From the NCBI GenBank assembly GCA_002500485.1, contig DLRJ01000072.1, positions 982 to 64,981 on the forward strand: a stretch of DNA of 64,000 nucleotides, in the 5' to 3' direction. Of the stretch, positions 9,947 to 19,466 are shown piece after piece. The stretch's first letter is position 1; every line of letters starts with the position of its first letter. The notes under the pieces are model-generated. The model worked only from the letters and a program-made list of their open reading frames with translations, did not search any database and had not been told where the DNA came from. Source of the DNA: Dehalococcoidia bacterium UBA7891. Lineage in GTDB: Bacteria > Chloroflexota > Dehalococcoidia > Lucifugimonadales > UBA826. The position numbers and the translations under genes are program-made.

Positions 9947-10180
9947 TTAGCCGTCTAGACGAGTTACATGCATGGTGTCCCCAGGAGCAAGGGCCACTCT
10001 TCTTACATCGATTCTGAATTTGAGTAACCAATAAGCCAATGTGGCCTTACTGACTCCAAGGTAATCCGCTGTGGCAGTCAACCCTTGCTCTGTAACCATT
10101 TCAGGAAGCATTTTTTCCAGTGGCTGACGAAATCTTTCCTCAACCGCGATCATCTTTTTTGTTTTTCTTGTTGCCATCAA
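9947..10180 (-). CDS. small helix-turn-helix DNA-binding protein
   Basis: 77 aa. TATADYLGVSKATLAYWLLKF looks like a classical HTH, and the N-terminus is basic. Confidence 0.5.
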   Translation of the reverse strand: MMATRKTKKMIAVEERFRQPLEKMLPEMVTEQGLTATADYLGVSKATLAYWLLKFRIDVRRVALAPGDTMHVTRLDG

Positions 10181-10418
10181 TTCCTCCGTTAATTTCGAAG
10201 ACTAATAGATATTATTTACCAAACCAGGCAATGTCAACGAAGTTTTCAATCATTTCTGGCTCTTTTCTAATGATTTCAAAACCCGCCGCACCTAACGCGC
10301 CGTGTGCTTAACGCTATTAACCTTTAGGGACACATTCGCTTATACCTTAAGGTATAGTTCGATATCTCTTACAATTCTAATTTGACGTTTGCCATTCAAA
10401 CTTGGAAAATAATTATGT

Positions 10419-10494
10419 GGCCCTGTAGCTCAGTGGATAGAGCGACTGCCTTCTAAGCAGTAAGTCGTGGGTTCGAATCCCTCCAGGGTCGCCA
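10419..10494 (+). tRNA. tRNA-Arg (anticodon TCT), CCA encoded
   Basis: Cloverleaf read by hand: acceptor GGCCCTG/CAGGGTC, anticodon stem ACTGC/GCAGT, loop CTTCTAA, T-loop TTCGAAT. Confidence 0.9.
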
Positions 10495-10522
10495 CCCTTT
10501 CATTCAACAAAGGTGGGTGGGA

Positions 10523-12622
10523 ATGCCCCCCCTACCCCACAGAAAAATAGCAGAACCCCACATGACAAACCGACTTTCCGAAGAATCGAGTCCTTATCTT
10601 TTGCAACATAAGGACAATCCTGTCAATTGGTTTGCCTGGGGCCTGGACGCCTTTGAAGAGGCTAAGGCTCGTGATGTTCCGGTCCTTTTAAGCGTCGGCT
10701 ACTCTTCCTGTCACTGGTGTCACGTTATGGAATACGAATCTTTTGAGAATGAAGAAATCGCAAAAGCTATGAATGATAATTTCGTAAGCGTGAAAGTGGA
10801 CCGTGAAGAAAGGCCCGACATAGACTCTATCTACATGTCGGCTGTTCAATCCATGACTGGCCAGGGCGGCTGGCCTTTGACGGTTTTCTTGACCTCTGAA
10901 GGGTTGCCGTTCTTTGGAGGTACATATTACCCCCCAGAACCCCGAGGAGGTATGCCTGGTTTCATTCAAATACTTTTGGCTATATCAGATGCATACAAAA
11001 ATAGGCGGCCGGAGATAGAGGAATCAGGCTCGTATCTCCTAGAGCATATAAGAGCTTCGATAACAGAGACTCCTGCCACCAATAATTTTGAACCTAGTTT
11101 ACTGGAACAGGCATACGAACAACTTCTTGCACAATGCGATTGGGAATGGGGTGGGTTCGGGAATTCGATAAAATTCCCTCAGTCCATGGCCTTAGAGTTC
11201 CTACTCAGATACCACTTAAACCACCCAGATTCTCGAGCCCTAGAAATGGTCGAAACAGCCCTTCAAAAAATGGCGTCTGGAGGTATGTACGACCATTTAG
11301 GGGGAGGGTTCCACAGATATTCGACTGACAAGAAATGGCTGGTGCCTCATTTCGAAAAAATGCTGTATGACAATGCCTTACTTTCGAGACTTTACATTCA
11401 CGCTTTCCAGGTTACAGGTAAAAATTTCTATCTTAGGGTTGCAAAAGACATATATGAATACATTGATAGGGACATGACCGATGAAAATGGTCTGTTTTAT
11501 TCCGCTGAAGATGCGGACAGTGAAGGCGAAGAAGGAACCTTTTACCTATGGGACCCTAATGAATTTAAGCGCCATTTAACCGATCTAGAGATGGCGTTAT
11601 TCAAATCAGCCTTTAGCCTAGGGGAAGAAGGTGACTTCGAAGGCAAAAATATTCTCCACTACAAACCAAAAGGAATGAATTTTGGATTTTTGGGAAGCGA
11701 GAACCCGGATTTACTTAATTTAAGAAAGAAATTGGTTGACATAAGGAATAGTCGGCCGAAGCCATTCAAAGACAATAAAAGCCTTCTATCTTGGAATGCT
11801 CTCATGTCACTCTCTTTCATAGAAGGATACCTTGTAAGCAAAGAGGAAAAGTTACTGGAAATAGCAAAACTAAACCTTAATTCATTATTAGATCTTATTG
11901 AATTTAATTCCGGGCTATTTCATTCATCCAAGGGGGGTCAAATAGGGAGTTATGGCTACCTCGAGGATTATTCATCCCTTATACTAGCCATGCTGGCTAT
12001 GCATGAAGCAACATTAGACCTGGAATGGCTGGCTAAAACGGAAAAAATAGCAGACACTTTAGTCTCCTTGTTCTGGAATAGTCATGAAACACGACTGTAC
12101 GACACTCCAGAAGACGGTGATGACCTCATTATTAGACCTAGTGAAAGTTACGATAACGCCACACCCTCAGGCTCATCCATGACTGCGGAGGCATTATTTA
12201 AATTATCTCTGATAACTAACAAATTAGAATATTTTAATATATTCATATCATTAATGAGCTCTACTGCCACCATCGCAAGTGAGCATCCAGTCTCTTTCGG
12301 TAATTGGCTATGTGTTTACGATTCTTATATTTATCCAACCATCGAAATAGCAATTATTTCAGATAATGCAAAACAAGCTTTGAAAATGCGTGATTGTTTG
12401 TACGAGTCCTATGTCCCTAATCATATTTTTTGTGGGAACGCCTATTTCAGCCACACAGAAAAAGCTAGGAACAAATGGGATACCTATCCCCTACTTAATG
12501 ACCGCGAACCGAAACAAGATATAGCAATGGCTTATTTATGCGAAAATTATGTTTGCGAACTTCCTGTCAGCTCAACAACAGAGCTATTGCGGTTAATACG
12601 ACAAAAGACGAAGGTGTCCTAA
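10523..12622 (+). CDS. thioredoxin-domain protein, DUF255/YyaL family (N-terminal Trx-like plus six-hairpin glycosidase-like domain)
   Basis: [31 protein letters not shown] is the DUF255 signature. Start ATG 10523 has AAGGTGG 6 nt upstream. ATG 10562 is an alternative that fits homologue N-termini. Confidence 0.8.
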   Translation: MPPLPHRKIAEPHMTNRLSEESSPYLLQHKDNPVNWFAWGLDAFEEAKARDVPVLLSVGYSSCHWCHVMEYESFENEEIAKAMNDNFVSVKVDREERPDIDSIYMSAVQSMTGQGGWPLTVFLTSEGLPFFGGTYYPPEPRGGMPGFIQILLAISDAYKNRRPEIEESGSYLLEHIRASITETPATNNFEPSLLEQAYEQLLAQCDWEWGGFGNSIKFPQSMALEFLLRYHLNHPDSRALEMVETALQKMASGGMYDHLGGGFHRYSTDKKWLVPHFEKMLYDNALLSRLYIHAFQVTGKNFYLRVAKDIYEYIDRDMTDENGLFYSAEDADSEGEEGTFYLWDPNEFKRHLTDLEMALFKSAFSLGEEGDFEGKNILHYKPKGMNFGFLGSENPDLLNLRKKLVDIRNSRPKPFKDNKSLLSWNALMSLSFIEGYLVSKEEKLLEIAKLNLNSLLDLIEFNSGLFHSSKGGQIGSYGYLEDYSSLILAMLAMHEATLDLEWLAKTEKIADTLVSLFWNSHETRLYDTPEDGDDLIIRPSESYDNATPSGSSMTAEALFKLSLITNKLEYFNIFISLMSSTATIASEHPVSFGNWLCVYDSYIYPTIEIAIISDNAKQALKMRDCLYESYVPNHIFCGNAYFSHTEKARNKWDTYPLLNDREPKQDIAMAYLCENYVCELPVSSTTELLRLIRQKTKVS

Positions 12623-12628
12623 ATCGAG

Positions 12629-14062
12629 TTAATGCTTTTTACGTAAAGACCCGTCCAAATCTAAAGAAACCCATTGATCTACAAATGTCTTTTTTGCCAA
12701 TGTAGGGGATTCCCTACTTTTCGTCCACGAAGGCGGGAATGGCTTTCGAACAAAAGGGGCTATGGTTGCAATCAAGTTGGCCGATCGTACGAGAAACCCA
12801 ATTGCCTTATTATTTGATAACAAAGAAGACAAAAATTTAGAAACAACTCGCTCCCCTAGTCCAGCGGACTGCTGATCTGGATAATCTTTACCTTCCGCAA
12901 GCTGATTACGCAAATACAAAAGCATCCTAGGAATATCTATTTTCACCGGACATGCCTCTTTACAAGCCCCACACAAACTGGAGGCAAAAGGCAAATTCTT
13001 AGCATCTGACAACCCGGTCAAAATAGGGGACACAATAGACCCGATTGGCCCCGGATAAACCCAACCGTAGGAATGTCCCCCAACTTTCCTGTAAACAGGG
13101 CATGCGTTTAAACATGCCCCGCATCTCAGGCAATATAATGCCTCTCTCAAATAGGGATCGGCCAGCATCTTAGATCTCCCATTGTCTACGATGACCAAGT
13201 GGAACTCTTCTGGACCGTCTATATCAGTACTTTCCCGTGGTCCCGAGACCATGGTCACATAACTTGAGATCCACTGGCCCGTTGCCGACCTTATAAGCAA
13301 CCGCAAAAATGTGCCCAAATCTTCCATAGATGGAATAATTTTTTCCATGCCAACAATAGCGACATGTACAGGAGGCATTGAAGTACACATCCGACCGTTA
13401 CCTTCGTTCGATACCAAGGCCAATGTGCCAGTTTCGGCTACCAAAAAATTGCCCCCGGTTATTCCCATATCAGCTTGAATAAATTTATCTCTTAATTGGT
13501 CTCGTGCCTCTAAGGTTAAAGTTTCTATATTTTCTGTCTGGCTTGTACCAATTTTATCAGCGAACAATTCAGACACTTCTTGCCTGGATTTATGTATTGC
13601 TGGAGCAATAATATGGTAAGGAGTCTCTTCTGCCAGCTGTACAATGTATTCGCCCAAGTCAGTCTCATATGGATCTATTCCATGCTTGATCAATTCCTCG
13701 TTGAGCGACATTTCCTCTGACAACATAGATTTACTTTTAACAACCGTCTTAACGTCTTTCTCCTTCGCTAAATTTATAACGTACTGAGTCGCATCTTCAG
13801 CTGTCTCAGCAAAATAAACATTACCACCGGAGGAAATCACGTTAGATTCCAATAACTCCAAATAGTAATCCAAATTATTTATTACGTGCTTTTTGATTTC
13901 CCTACCTTTTATTTGTAATTCTTCCCAATCGACCGTATCTGAGGATGCTTTGATACGCGCACTATGGAACCCTCCATAAAGCCCGGATAAATTTTTCTGA
14001 ATCTGAGGATCCAATAAGGTCTCTTTGGATTTCGAATTGAAATTTTTCGTCTCTGGTTTCAT
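12629..14062 (-). CDS. lutB: LutB/LldF-type iron-sulfur protein (lactate utilisation)
   Basis: Two ferredoxin-type cluster motifs, CLRCGACLNACPVY and CGACKEACPVKI, plus an N-terminal LUD-like domain. There is a 4-nt overlap with lutA. Confidence 0.8.
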   Translation of the reverse strand: MKPETKNFNSKSKETLLDPQIQKNLSGLYGGFHSARIKASSDTVDWEELQIKGREIKKHVINNLDYYLELLESNVISSGGNVYFAETAEDATQYVINLAKEKDVKTVVKSKSMLSEEMSLNEELIKHGIDPYETDLGEYIVQLAEETPYHIIAPAIHKSRQEVSELFADKIGTSQTENIETLTLEARDQLRDKFIQADMGITGGNFLVAETGTLALVSNEGNGRMCTSMPPVHVAIVGMEKIIPSMEDLGTFLRLLIRSATGQWISSYVTMVSGPRESTDIDGPEEFHLVIVDNGRSKMLADPYLREALYCLRCGACLNACPVYRKVGGHSYGWVYPGPIGSIVSPILTGLSDAKNLPFASSLCGACKEACPVKIDIPRMLLYLRNQLAEGKDYPDQQSAGLGERVVSKFLSSLLSNNKAIGFLVRSANLIATIAPFVRKPFPPSWTKSRESPTLAKKTFVDQWVSLDLDGSLRKKH

Positions 14063-14817
14063 TTTTGATATTCCATATTCAAAGATTGCTCTATTACTTG
14101 CGAAATATGCATGCTTTTGAGGGGAATTTTTTTTCGTGCAATCAACCCGTCAATATGCATCAAACAACTCATGTCTGATGCGGTAACAATATCTGCGCCA
14201 CTTTTCACTATATTAGCGACTTTTTCTTCTCCCATAGCCGTGGATATTTCCGAATATTTTGTAGCGAAGGTACCTCCAAAACCGCAACAAACTTCAGATT
14301 GGTCCATATCCATTACTGTCACATTTTCGAGTGACTGTAGAAGATCAATCGGTTCACTGGAAACACCCAATTCCCTTTTGAGGTGGCAAGATTCATGATA
14401 GGTCACATTGATTTTTTCAGTTATGGCGGATTGGAACGGGGTCAGATCAAATATACCTAGTTCTCTAGTTATATATTCTGTGAATTCAAAAGTCCTGCCT
14501 GACACGTCTCTTATCTCACCAATGTCATCATCATTGCATACTTCAAGATAATGATTTCTTACCATGCTAGTACATGACCCTGACGGTAGCACTATATCTT
14601 CTTGGCCACCGGAATAGCTCTCAACGAATTTTCTCATCAACTTGGATGAATCGTTCCAATGTCCGGAATTGAAAAACGGCTGTCCGCAGCAGGTTTGATC
14701 CGGCCGAACCGTAACATCTACTCCCAATTTACTCAAAACCCTAACCACACTAAATGCAACATCCGGATAGAAATTATTAAGAATACATGTTGCAAATAAG
14801 GAAACTTTGGTAGACAC
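14059..14817 (-). CDS. lutA: LutA-type (Fe-S) oxidoreductase with cysteine-rich CCG domains
   Basis: CCGQPFFNSG and CCGFGGTF, two CCG motifs. It lies upstream of, and is translationally coupled to, lutB. Confidence 0.8.
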   Translation of the reverse strand: MSTKVSLFATCILNNFYPDVAFSVVRVLSKLGVDVTVRPDQTCCGQPFFNSGHWNDSSKLMRKFVESYSGGQEDIVLPSGSCTSMVRNHYLEVCNDDDIGEIRDVSGRTFEFTEYITRELGIFDLTPFQSAITEKINVTYHESCHLKRELGVSSEPIDLLQSLENVTVMDMDQSEVCCGFGGTFATKYSEISTAMGEEKVANIVKSGADIVTASDMSCLMHIDGLIARKKIPLKSMHISQVIEQSLNMEYQK

Positions 14818-14882
14818 GAATTTTTGTTCCCTTTAACTTGTTAAAAAGCGTATATTCTCAAAGTTTCTATGCAGCTTAGGAA

Positions 14883-15131
14883 TTAAATAACTATCCCACG
14901 TATTGAAAAAGCCAAAATCCAACCAAGCATAAGCAAACTCCCCCCTGCGAACAATCTACCTTCTTTACCTTCTTCTGGCGGACCGGTGAGTCTCATGGTT
15001 ACAAAAAATAATCCCAACAACACAGCCAGCAGCCAAACTGATAAATTGTTAACGCCCAACCCCGCACCAAGAGCTGCACCTATGCCGCCCCACAGATAAG
15101 GCAGTTTGAGTATATTAAGGAGTTCATTCAT
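14883..15131 (-). CDS. small hydrophobic membrane protein
   Basis: 82 aa with two or three Gly/Leu-rich predicted membrane spans. No family recognised. Confidence 0.4.
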   Translation of the reverse strand: MNELLNILKLPYLWGGIGAALGAGLGVNNLSVWLLAVLLGLFFVTMRLTGPPEEGKEGRLFAGGSLLMLGWILAFSIRGIVI

Positions 15132-15215
15132 ACTCTGAAGAATACACTGCGATTATATCGTTTGCAATGTGATAAGCGCATACTCAAATTACAACTCACC
15201 TACCAGGAGGAAAGT

Positions 15216-15653
15216 ATGATTACAGGATTCAATCATTCAGGGTTTGTAGTCAGGGACCTAGATAAAATGGTTTCCTTTTACCGGGATGATTTGGGACTCC
15301 AAATCGAAAGAGAGATCGACAGTAGAGCCCCTGAAACTGGTGATCATACCGGTATTCCAGGGGCCCATAGGACTTTGATATTTGTTGGGAAGGGTGGTGG
15401 ACACGCTCTGGAATTGGTGTACTACATTTATCCGGACAGTCCCAGTGGACATCTGAACCGTAACCAACTGGGAGCAGCTCACGTCTGTTTCAATGTCGAA
15501 AACATAGAGGAACTTTATCAAGATCTCACAAATAAAGGGGTCAAATTCGTAACGCCGCCGATAATGACCGATACAGAAACTGGAGGCAGACATGGAATTT
15601 GCTACTGCCAAGACCCCGAAGGAAATTGGCTGGAATTCATACAGGCCGGTTAA
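15216..15653 (+). CDS. VOC (glyoxalase/bleomycin-resistance/dioxygenase) family protein
   Basis: ITGFNHSGFVVRDLDKMVSFY..HVCFNVENI..PEGNWLEF. AGGAGG lies upstream of ATG 15216, so the longer 15162 start is unlikely. Confidence 0.75.
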   Translation: MITGFNHSGFVVRDLDKMVSFYRDDLGLQIEREIDSRAPETGDHTGIPGAHRTLIFVGKGGGHALELVYYIYPDSPSGHLNRNQLGAAHVCFNVENIEELYQDLTNKGVKFVTPPIMTDTETGGRHGICYCQDPEGNWLEFIQAG

Positions 15654-15656
15654 ATG

Positions 15657-16679
15657 TTATTCAATCTCATAAATCTGGATTCTATGACGGTTAGATTCCA
15701 CAACATATAACCGATTGTTGTCATCTATCCTTACCGAAACCGGTCCCCAAAAAAATGGTTCAGTTTGGGAAGATATATGATATGGATCATTTAAATGATC
15801 CGGAACATCCGGGTTCAGGTCAGATATTTCCCGGGTCTCCATTTCGTCTGGATTTGATTCAAAAAAATCTTTAGCCCAATCAGAAAGAGTCGCTTCACCT
15901 CGAAGGCTAGCAATCACTTTCCCCTCAGAATTAAATACCTGAAGCCTCTCATTACCCCAGTCGGCGACATATACATTGCCACTTTGATCTATTGATACGG
16001 CCGACGGTCTTATTAATTGTTCTTGCTTTACTCCCGAATCCCCAATCGTTTTCAAATGGTGCCCATTGGAATCGAATTTTTGGACCCTATCATTTCTCCA
16101 GTCTGCTACATAAACATTGTCTTCCGCATCTAAGCCTAGACCCCATGGTAAATTAAATTCACCTGGTCCTGTGCCTTGAGAACCCCATTGAGTCAAAAAC
16201 ATACCATCCGCAGTGTATTTCTGAACTCTATGGTTTCGTTGATCACAGATATAAACTGTTCCAGATGAATCAGTGGCTATCCCCGCCGGGCCGTTGAATT
16301 CACCTTCCGACTCACCTTTCTGACCCCATTTACCTAGAACTTCACCTTCATCAGAATAAATTGTTATCCTGTTAGTGTGCTCATCTGTTATAAGCAGTCG
16401 CCCTTCCGCATCAAATGCCATCGCCACAGGCAACATCATTTGACCGTCACCATCTCCGAATCCGTAACCAAATTCATATAGATACTCTTCATCAAGATTA
16501 CAGACCCCTACCCTTATCGCGTTTCTTCTGGCAGGATCACATCGATTTAATACAAATATATTGTCCCCGGGGCCAATGGCAACATCGTATGGGTTAGCGA
16601 ATCCACGGCCATTGAAACCATTATTGACTATACCTATTGTTTTAAGGTACTTAATACTGGTTGTATTAGTAATCACCAT
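15657..16679 (-). CDS. NHL-repeat beta-propeller protein
   Basis: Repeated G.F..P.GIA.D..G.vYVaD..N.RvQ.F units, about six copies. No signal peptide. Confidence 0.8.
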   Translation of the reverse strand: MVITNTTSIKYLKTIGIVNNGFNGRGFANPYDVAIGPGDNIFVLNRCDPARRNAIRVGVCNLDEEYLYEFGYGFGDGDGQMMLPVAMAFDAEGRLLITDEHTNRITIYSDEGEVLGKWGQKGESEGEFNGPAGIATDSSGTVYICDQRNHRVQKYTADGMFLTQWGSQGTGPGEFNLPWGLGLDAEDNVYVADWRNDRVQKFDSNGHHLKTIGDSGVKQEQLIRPSAVSIDQSGNVYVADWGNERLQVFNSEGKVIASLRGEATLSDWAKDFFESNPDEMETREISDLNPDVPDHLNDPYHISSQTEPFFWGPVSVRIDDNNRLYVVESNRHRIQIYEIE

Positions 16680-16705
16680 GATTTATACCTCTGAATTTTC
16701 GTGGT

Positions 16706-18154
16706 TTAAGCTAGCTGGTATTCTCGGGTCGAGGCAATCATTCCAATCAACCGAGCAACCTGGGCCGATCCGTCTTCATCAGTTTTCCCGTTTTTCAGAT
16801 GTAGCTTGCCTTGGGATTCCGCAAATTCAATTAACCCTTCCCTTGTATCCGCTCCCACTTGTATGGGTCCCATAAAATCCAAACATGAATCTACTAAGTT
16901 TTCAGCATGGATCAAATCTATATACCCAGCAGTGACCCTCCTAATTATGTCTTGAACACCCTCTTTTGCTGGGTCGCTTAATTCCTTAGCTGCGAAATTG
17001 ATGCGCTCCACCAAGGAACCGCTATCTATCCACTCCACTCCTTCATGCCACCCTTCAACTGTCGGAGGTGCTAACAGCCCCTGTCCCATAAACATTGTTT
17101 GTGCCCATAGAGAATGCACGTCCAAAGTGGGTTCCTGATAGCTACCAGCTAATCTAGCTGTGCCTACAACAGATTCTACAGGGCCTTTCACTCTGGAATA
17201 TCGGCATTTTTCTGATTTGAAATAATCCGAGTTAAAAAGAGTCCTCAACACAGCTGAGACTTTAAATCCGGATTCGAAATAAGAATCCATCATTGCTTTT
17301 ATTACCTGCACTCCGTCATCATCTACTTCATCAGATGCGAAATATTGAAACAATCTTGTCGATAAAAACCTGGCAGTGGGTTTTTGGGTTACGATTATGT
17401 CAACAATGTCCTCACCGTTGAAATTCCCAACTTCACCTAAGAATTTTTTCTCACCACTATCATGATCGTCTGCCCGATATTCGTAATGCCAGGCTATTCT
17501 GCCGTATGGCCATATGGAATCCTTACTTGCCCTTACTGACATGTATTCAGCATTTTTTAAAGTCCAACCAGTAAAAGCTTTAGCACATTCTTTAATGTCG
17601 TCTTCTGAATAGTTACCAATACCCATGGAGAATAATTCGAGTAATTCCCTTCCATAATTCTCGTTGATGGCCTCTTTATGATTCTCATTATTGTCAAGCC
17701 ACAGAATCATTGCAGGATCCCGAGACAATTCAACTAATAAATCCCGGAAACTACCAAATCCATATTTCCGAAACATGTCAATTTGGTTGAGTAATGCCCG
17801 GGCTTGATTTAGTTTGGCGTAGCCTGTTGCAAACAATCCATGCCAAAATAAAGCTAATTTCTCTTCAAGAGGGTTACTTGTCGTCAGCATGCGGTAGAGC
17901 CAATAAGCACCCGCGCCATCCAACTGTCTCAATTCTGATTGGTCAACGTGATATCGTCGAATTAGATCATCTGGCATGTGGTCGGATTCGCCAGGGTCTA
18001 GTAGTTTATCCACCGTGGCCTCATAACCATCGCTCAGATACTCATCCAATTCATTACGAGTAGCACCGAACCCAGCCCGTCGCATAAGATGGGCCATCAA
18101 AGAAACGTCCTGACTCATATTTCTCACCTCTGAATAGTTATCTTTTAGTGCCAA
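16706..18154 (-). CDS. DUF1800 domain protein
   Basis: N-terminal HLMRRAGFGAT, followed by FWHGLFAT and WLDNNENHK as I recall for DUF1800. It is paired with a DUF1501 gene. Confidence 0.7.
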   Translation of the reverse strand: MALKDNYSEVRNMSQDVSLMAHLMRRAGFGATRNELDEYLSDGYEATVDKLLDPGESDHMPDDLIRRYHVDQSELRQLDGAGAYWLYRMLTTSNPLEEKLALFWHGLFATGYAKLNQARALLNQIDMFRKYGFGSFRDLLVELSRDPAMILWLDNNENHKEAINENYGRELLELFSMGIGNYSEDDIKECAKAFTGWTLKNAEYMSVRASKDSIWPYGRIAWHYEYRADDHDSGEKKFLGEVGNFNGEDIVDIIVTQKPTARFLSTRLFQYFASDEVDDDGVQVIKAMMDSYFESGFKVSAVLRTLFNSDYFKSEKCRYSRVKGPVESVVGTARLAGSYQEPTLDVHSLWAQTMFMGQGLLAPPTVEGWHEGVEWIDSGSLVERINFAAKELSDPAKEGVQDIIRRVTAGYIDLIHAENLVDSCLDFMGPIQVGADTREGLIEFAESQGKLHLKNGKTDEDGSAQVARLIGMIASTREYQLA

Positions 18155-18178
18155 ATCCGGTTTTATTAGTCTTACTAT

Positions 18179-19306
18179 TTAGGCATTGACGAAATCAAAC
18201 TGCTCAAAGTGACCATTTACTATCGGAACAGGGTCCAACCCAAACCATTTTTCAACAACGGTCGAATAAGTGGACCGGAAATCATTGTTGAAATGTAAAT
18301 CTCCTTCCAAGTGATCTGCCTCTTTTATAGACGGATACTGTCCATACATTCCACCTTTAATTTCACCCCCGATGATAAATGCAACACCGCCAGAACCATG
18401 ATCTGTGCCCGAGCCGTTGTCCTTGATACGCCTTCCAAATTCAGAGAATATCATCACTACGACTTCGTCCTCACGTCCATGTTCCTGCATATCATCGTAG
18501 AAATCTCCCACCGCACCAGACACTTCATCCCAAAGTTTTGCATGTGTAAGGATTTCCCCTGAATGAGTATCAAAACTACCATGTTGTGTATAAAAGACTC
18601 GGGTACCGAAATCAGCGAGCAAGACCTGAGCTATACTTTTCATCCCTTGAGCAATCGGGTTGGCAGCATATTCAATAGCCGAACTATATTTTTGAGGAGC
18701 GGTCCTGAGTATATCTGCACCTTTCAACGCATCCATACCTGTCTGGCCTAGAAAATTGAGGACTGGGTCTTTTCCCTGTACTCCGCCATACATGTGCGCA
18801 AATGCGTCAAGCGCAAGTTTTTTTGCCGACTCATCTTTTATATCTGGGAATAAGCCATATGTATCCAAATTACCGACTGACGCAACAGGGACTCCGCGAA
18901 CCCCTAAGGCTCTTGGTAACCCTCTACCGAAGTTCACACCAGTTAAGACATTTTCAGCAGTCGGATCAAGATCTCTAATAACTCTGCCAAGCCATCCTTC
19001 AGTGCCTATTTCATCAGGCTGAGCGGTATGCCAAATATCCATAGAACGAAAATGTGATCTATTCGGGTTGTCATAACCAATCCCATTAATGACAGCAACT
19101 TTTCCTTGATCATAAAGTCTTTTAATAGGTGCTAAATGGGGGCTGAAACCATAGACTTTATCGATGGGAAGAACCTTGTTTTGTTCAATATGGACAGTTT
19201 TCCTAAAGTCGTAATACTCGTCATCCCCATAGGGAACTACAGTATTTAAATAGTCGTTCCCACCTGAAAGCTGAACAACAACAAGTGATTTGTTTTTGTT
19301 TCCCAT
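18179..19306 (-). CDS. DUF1501 domain protein (sulfatase/alkaline-phosphatase-like fold)
   Basis: VVVQLSGGNDYLNTVVPYG, FSEFGRR and GTDHGSGG, as in DUF1501. The twin-arginine leader that is usual for this family is absent. Confidence 0.7.
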   Translation of the reverse strand: MGNKNKSLVVVQLSGGNDYLNTVVPYGDDEYYDFRKTVHIEQNKVLPIDKVYGFSPHLAPIKRLYDQGKVAVINGIGYDNPNRSHFRSMDIWHTAQPDEIGTEGWLGRVIRDLDPTAENVLTGVNFGRGLPRALGVRGVPVASVGNLDTYGLFPDIKDESAKKLALDAFAHMYGGVQGKDPVLNFLGQTGMDALKGADILRTAPQKYSSAIEYAANPIAQGMKSIAQVLLADFGTRVFYTQHGSFDTHSGEILTHAKLWDEVSGAVGDFYDDMQEHGREDEVVVMIFSEFGRRIKDNGSGTDHGSGGVAFIIGGEIKGGMYGQYPSIKEADHLEGDLHFNNDFRSTYSTVVEKWFGLDPVPIVNGHFEQFDFVNA

Positions 19307-19466
19307 TAGGTCCCCCTATCGGTAAATTAATTACATGAAATGAATTTAAATTCTGAATAAGGAGATATTACTACCTAAATTAGTGTAATTCAATCCATAC
19401 AATCAACCAATAATTTGATTCATATTACTAACCTAGTAGTAGTGTTTCCGTATAAATGAGTAAAAT

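Noticed and set aside
9895-10418. Searched for a tmRNA (ssrA) gene next to smpB
   Set aside because: There is no tRNA-Ala-like acceptor/T-arm pair or tag-reading-frame structure. The region is explained by a terminator, a small HTH gene and the tRNA-Arg promoter region.
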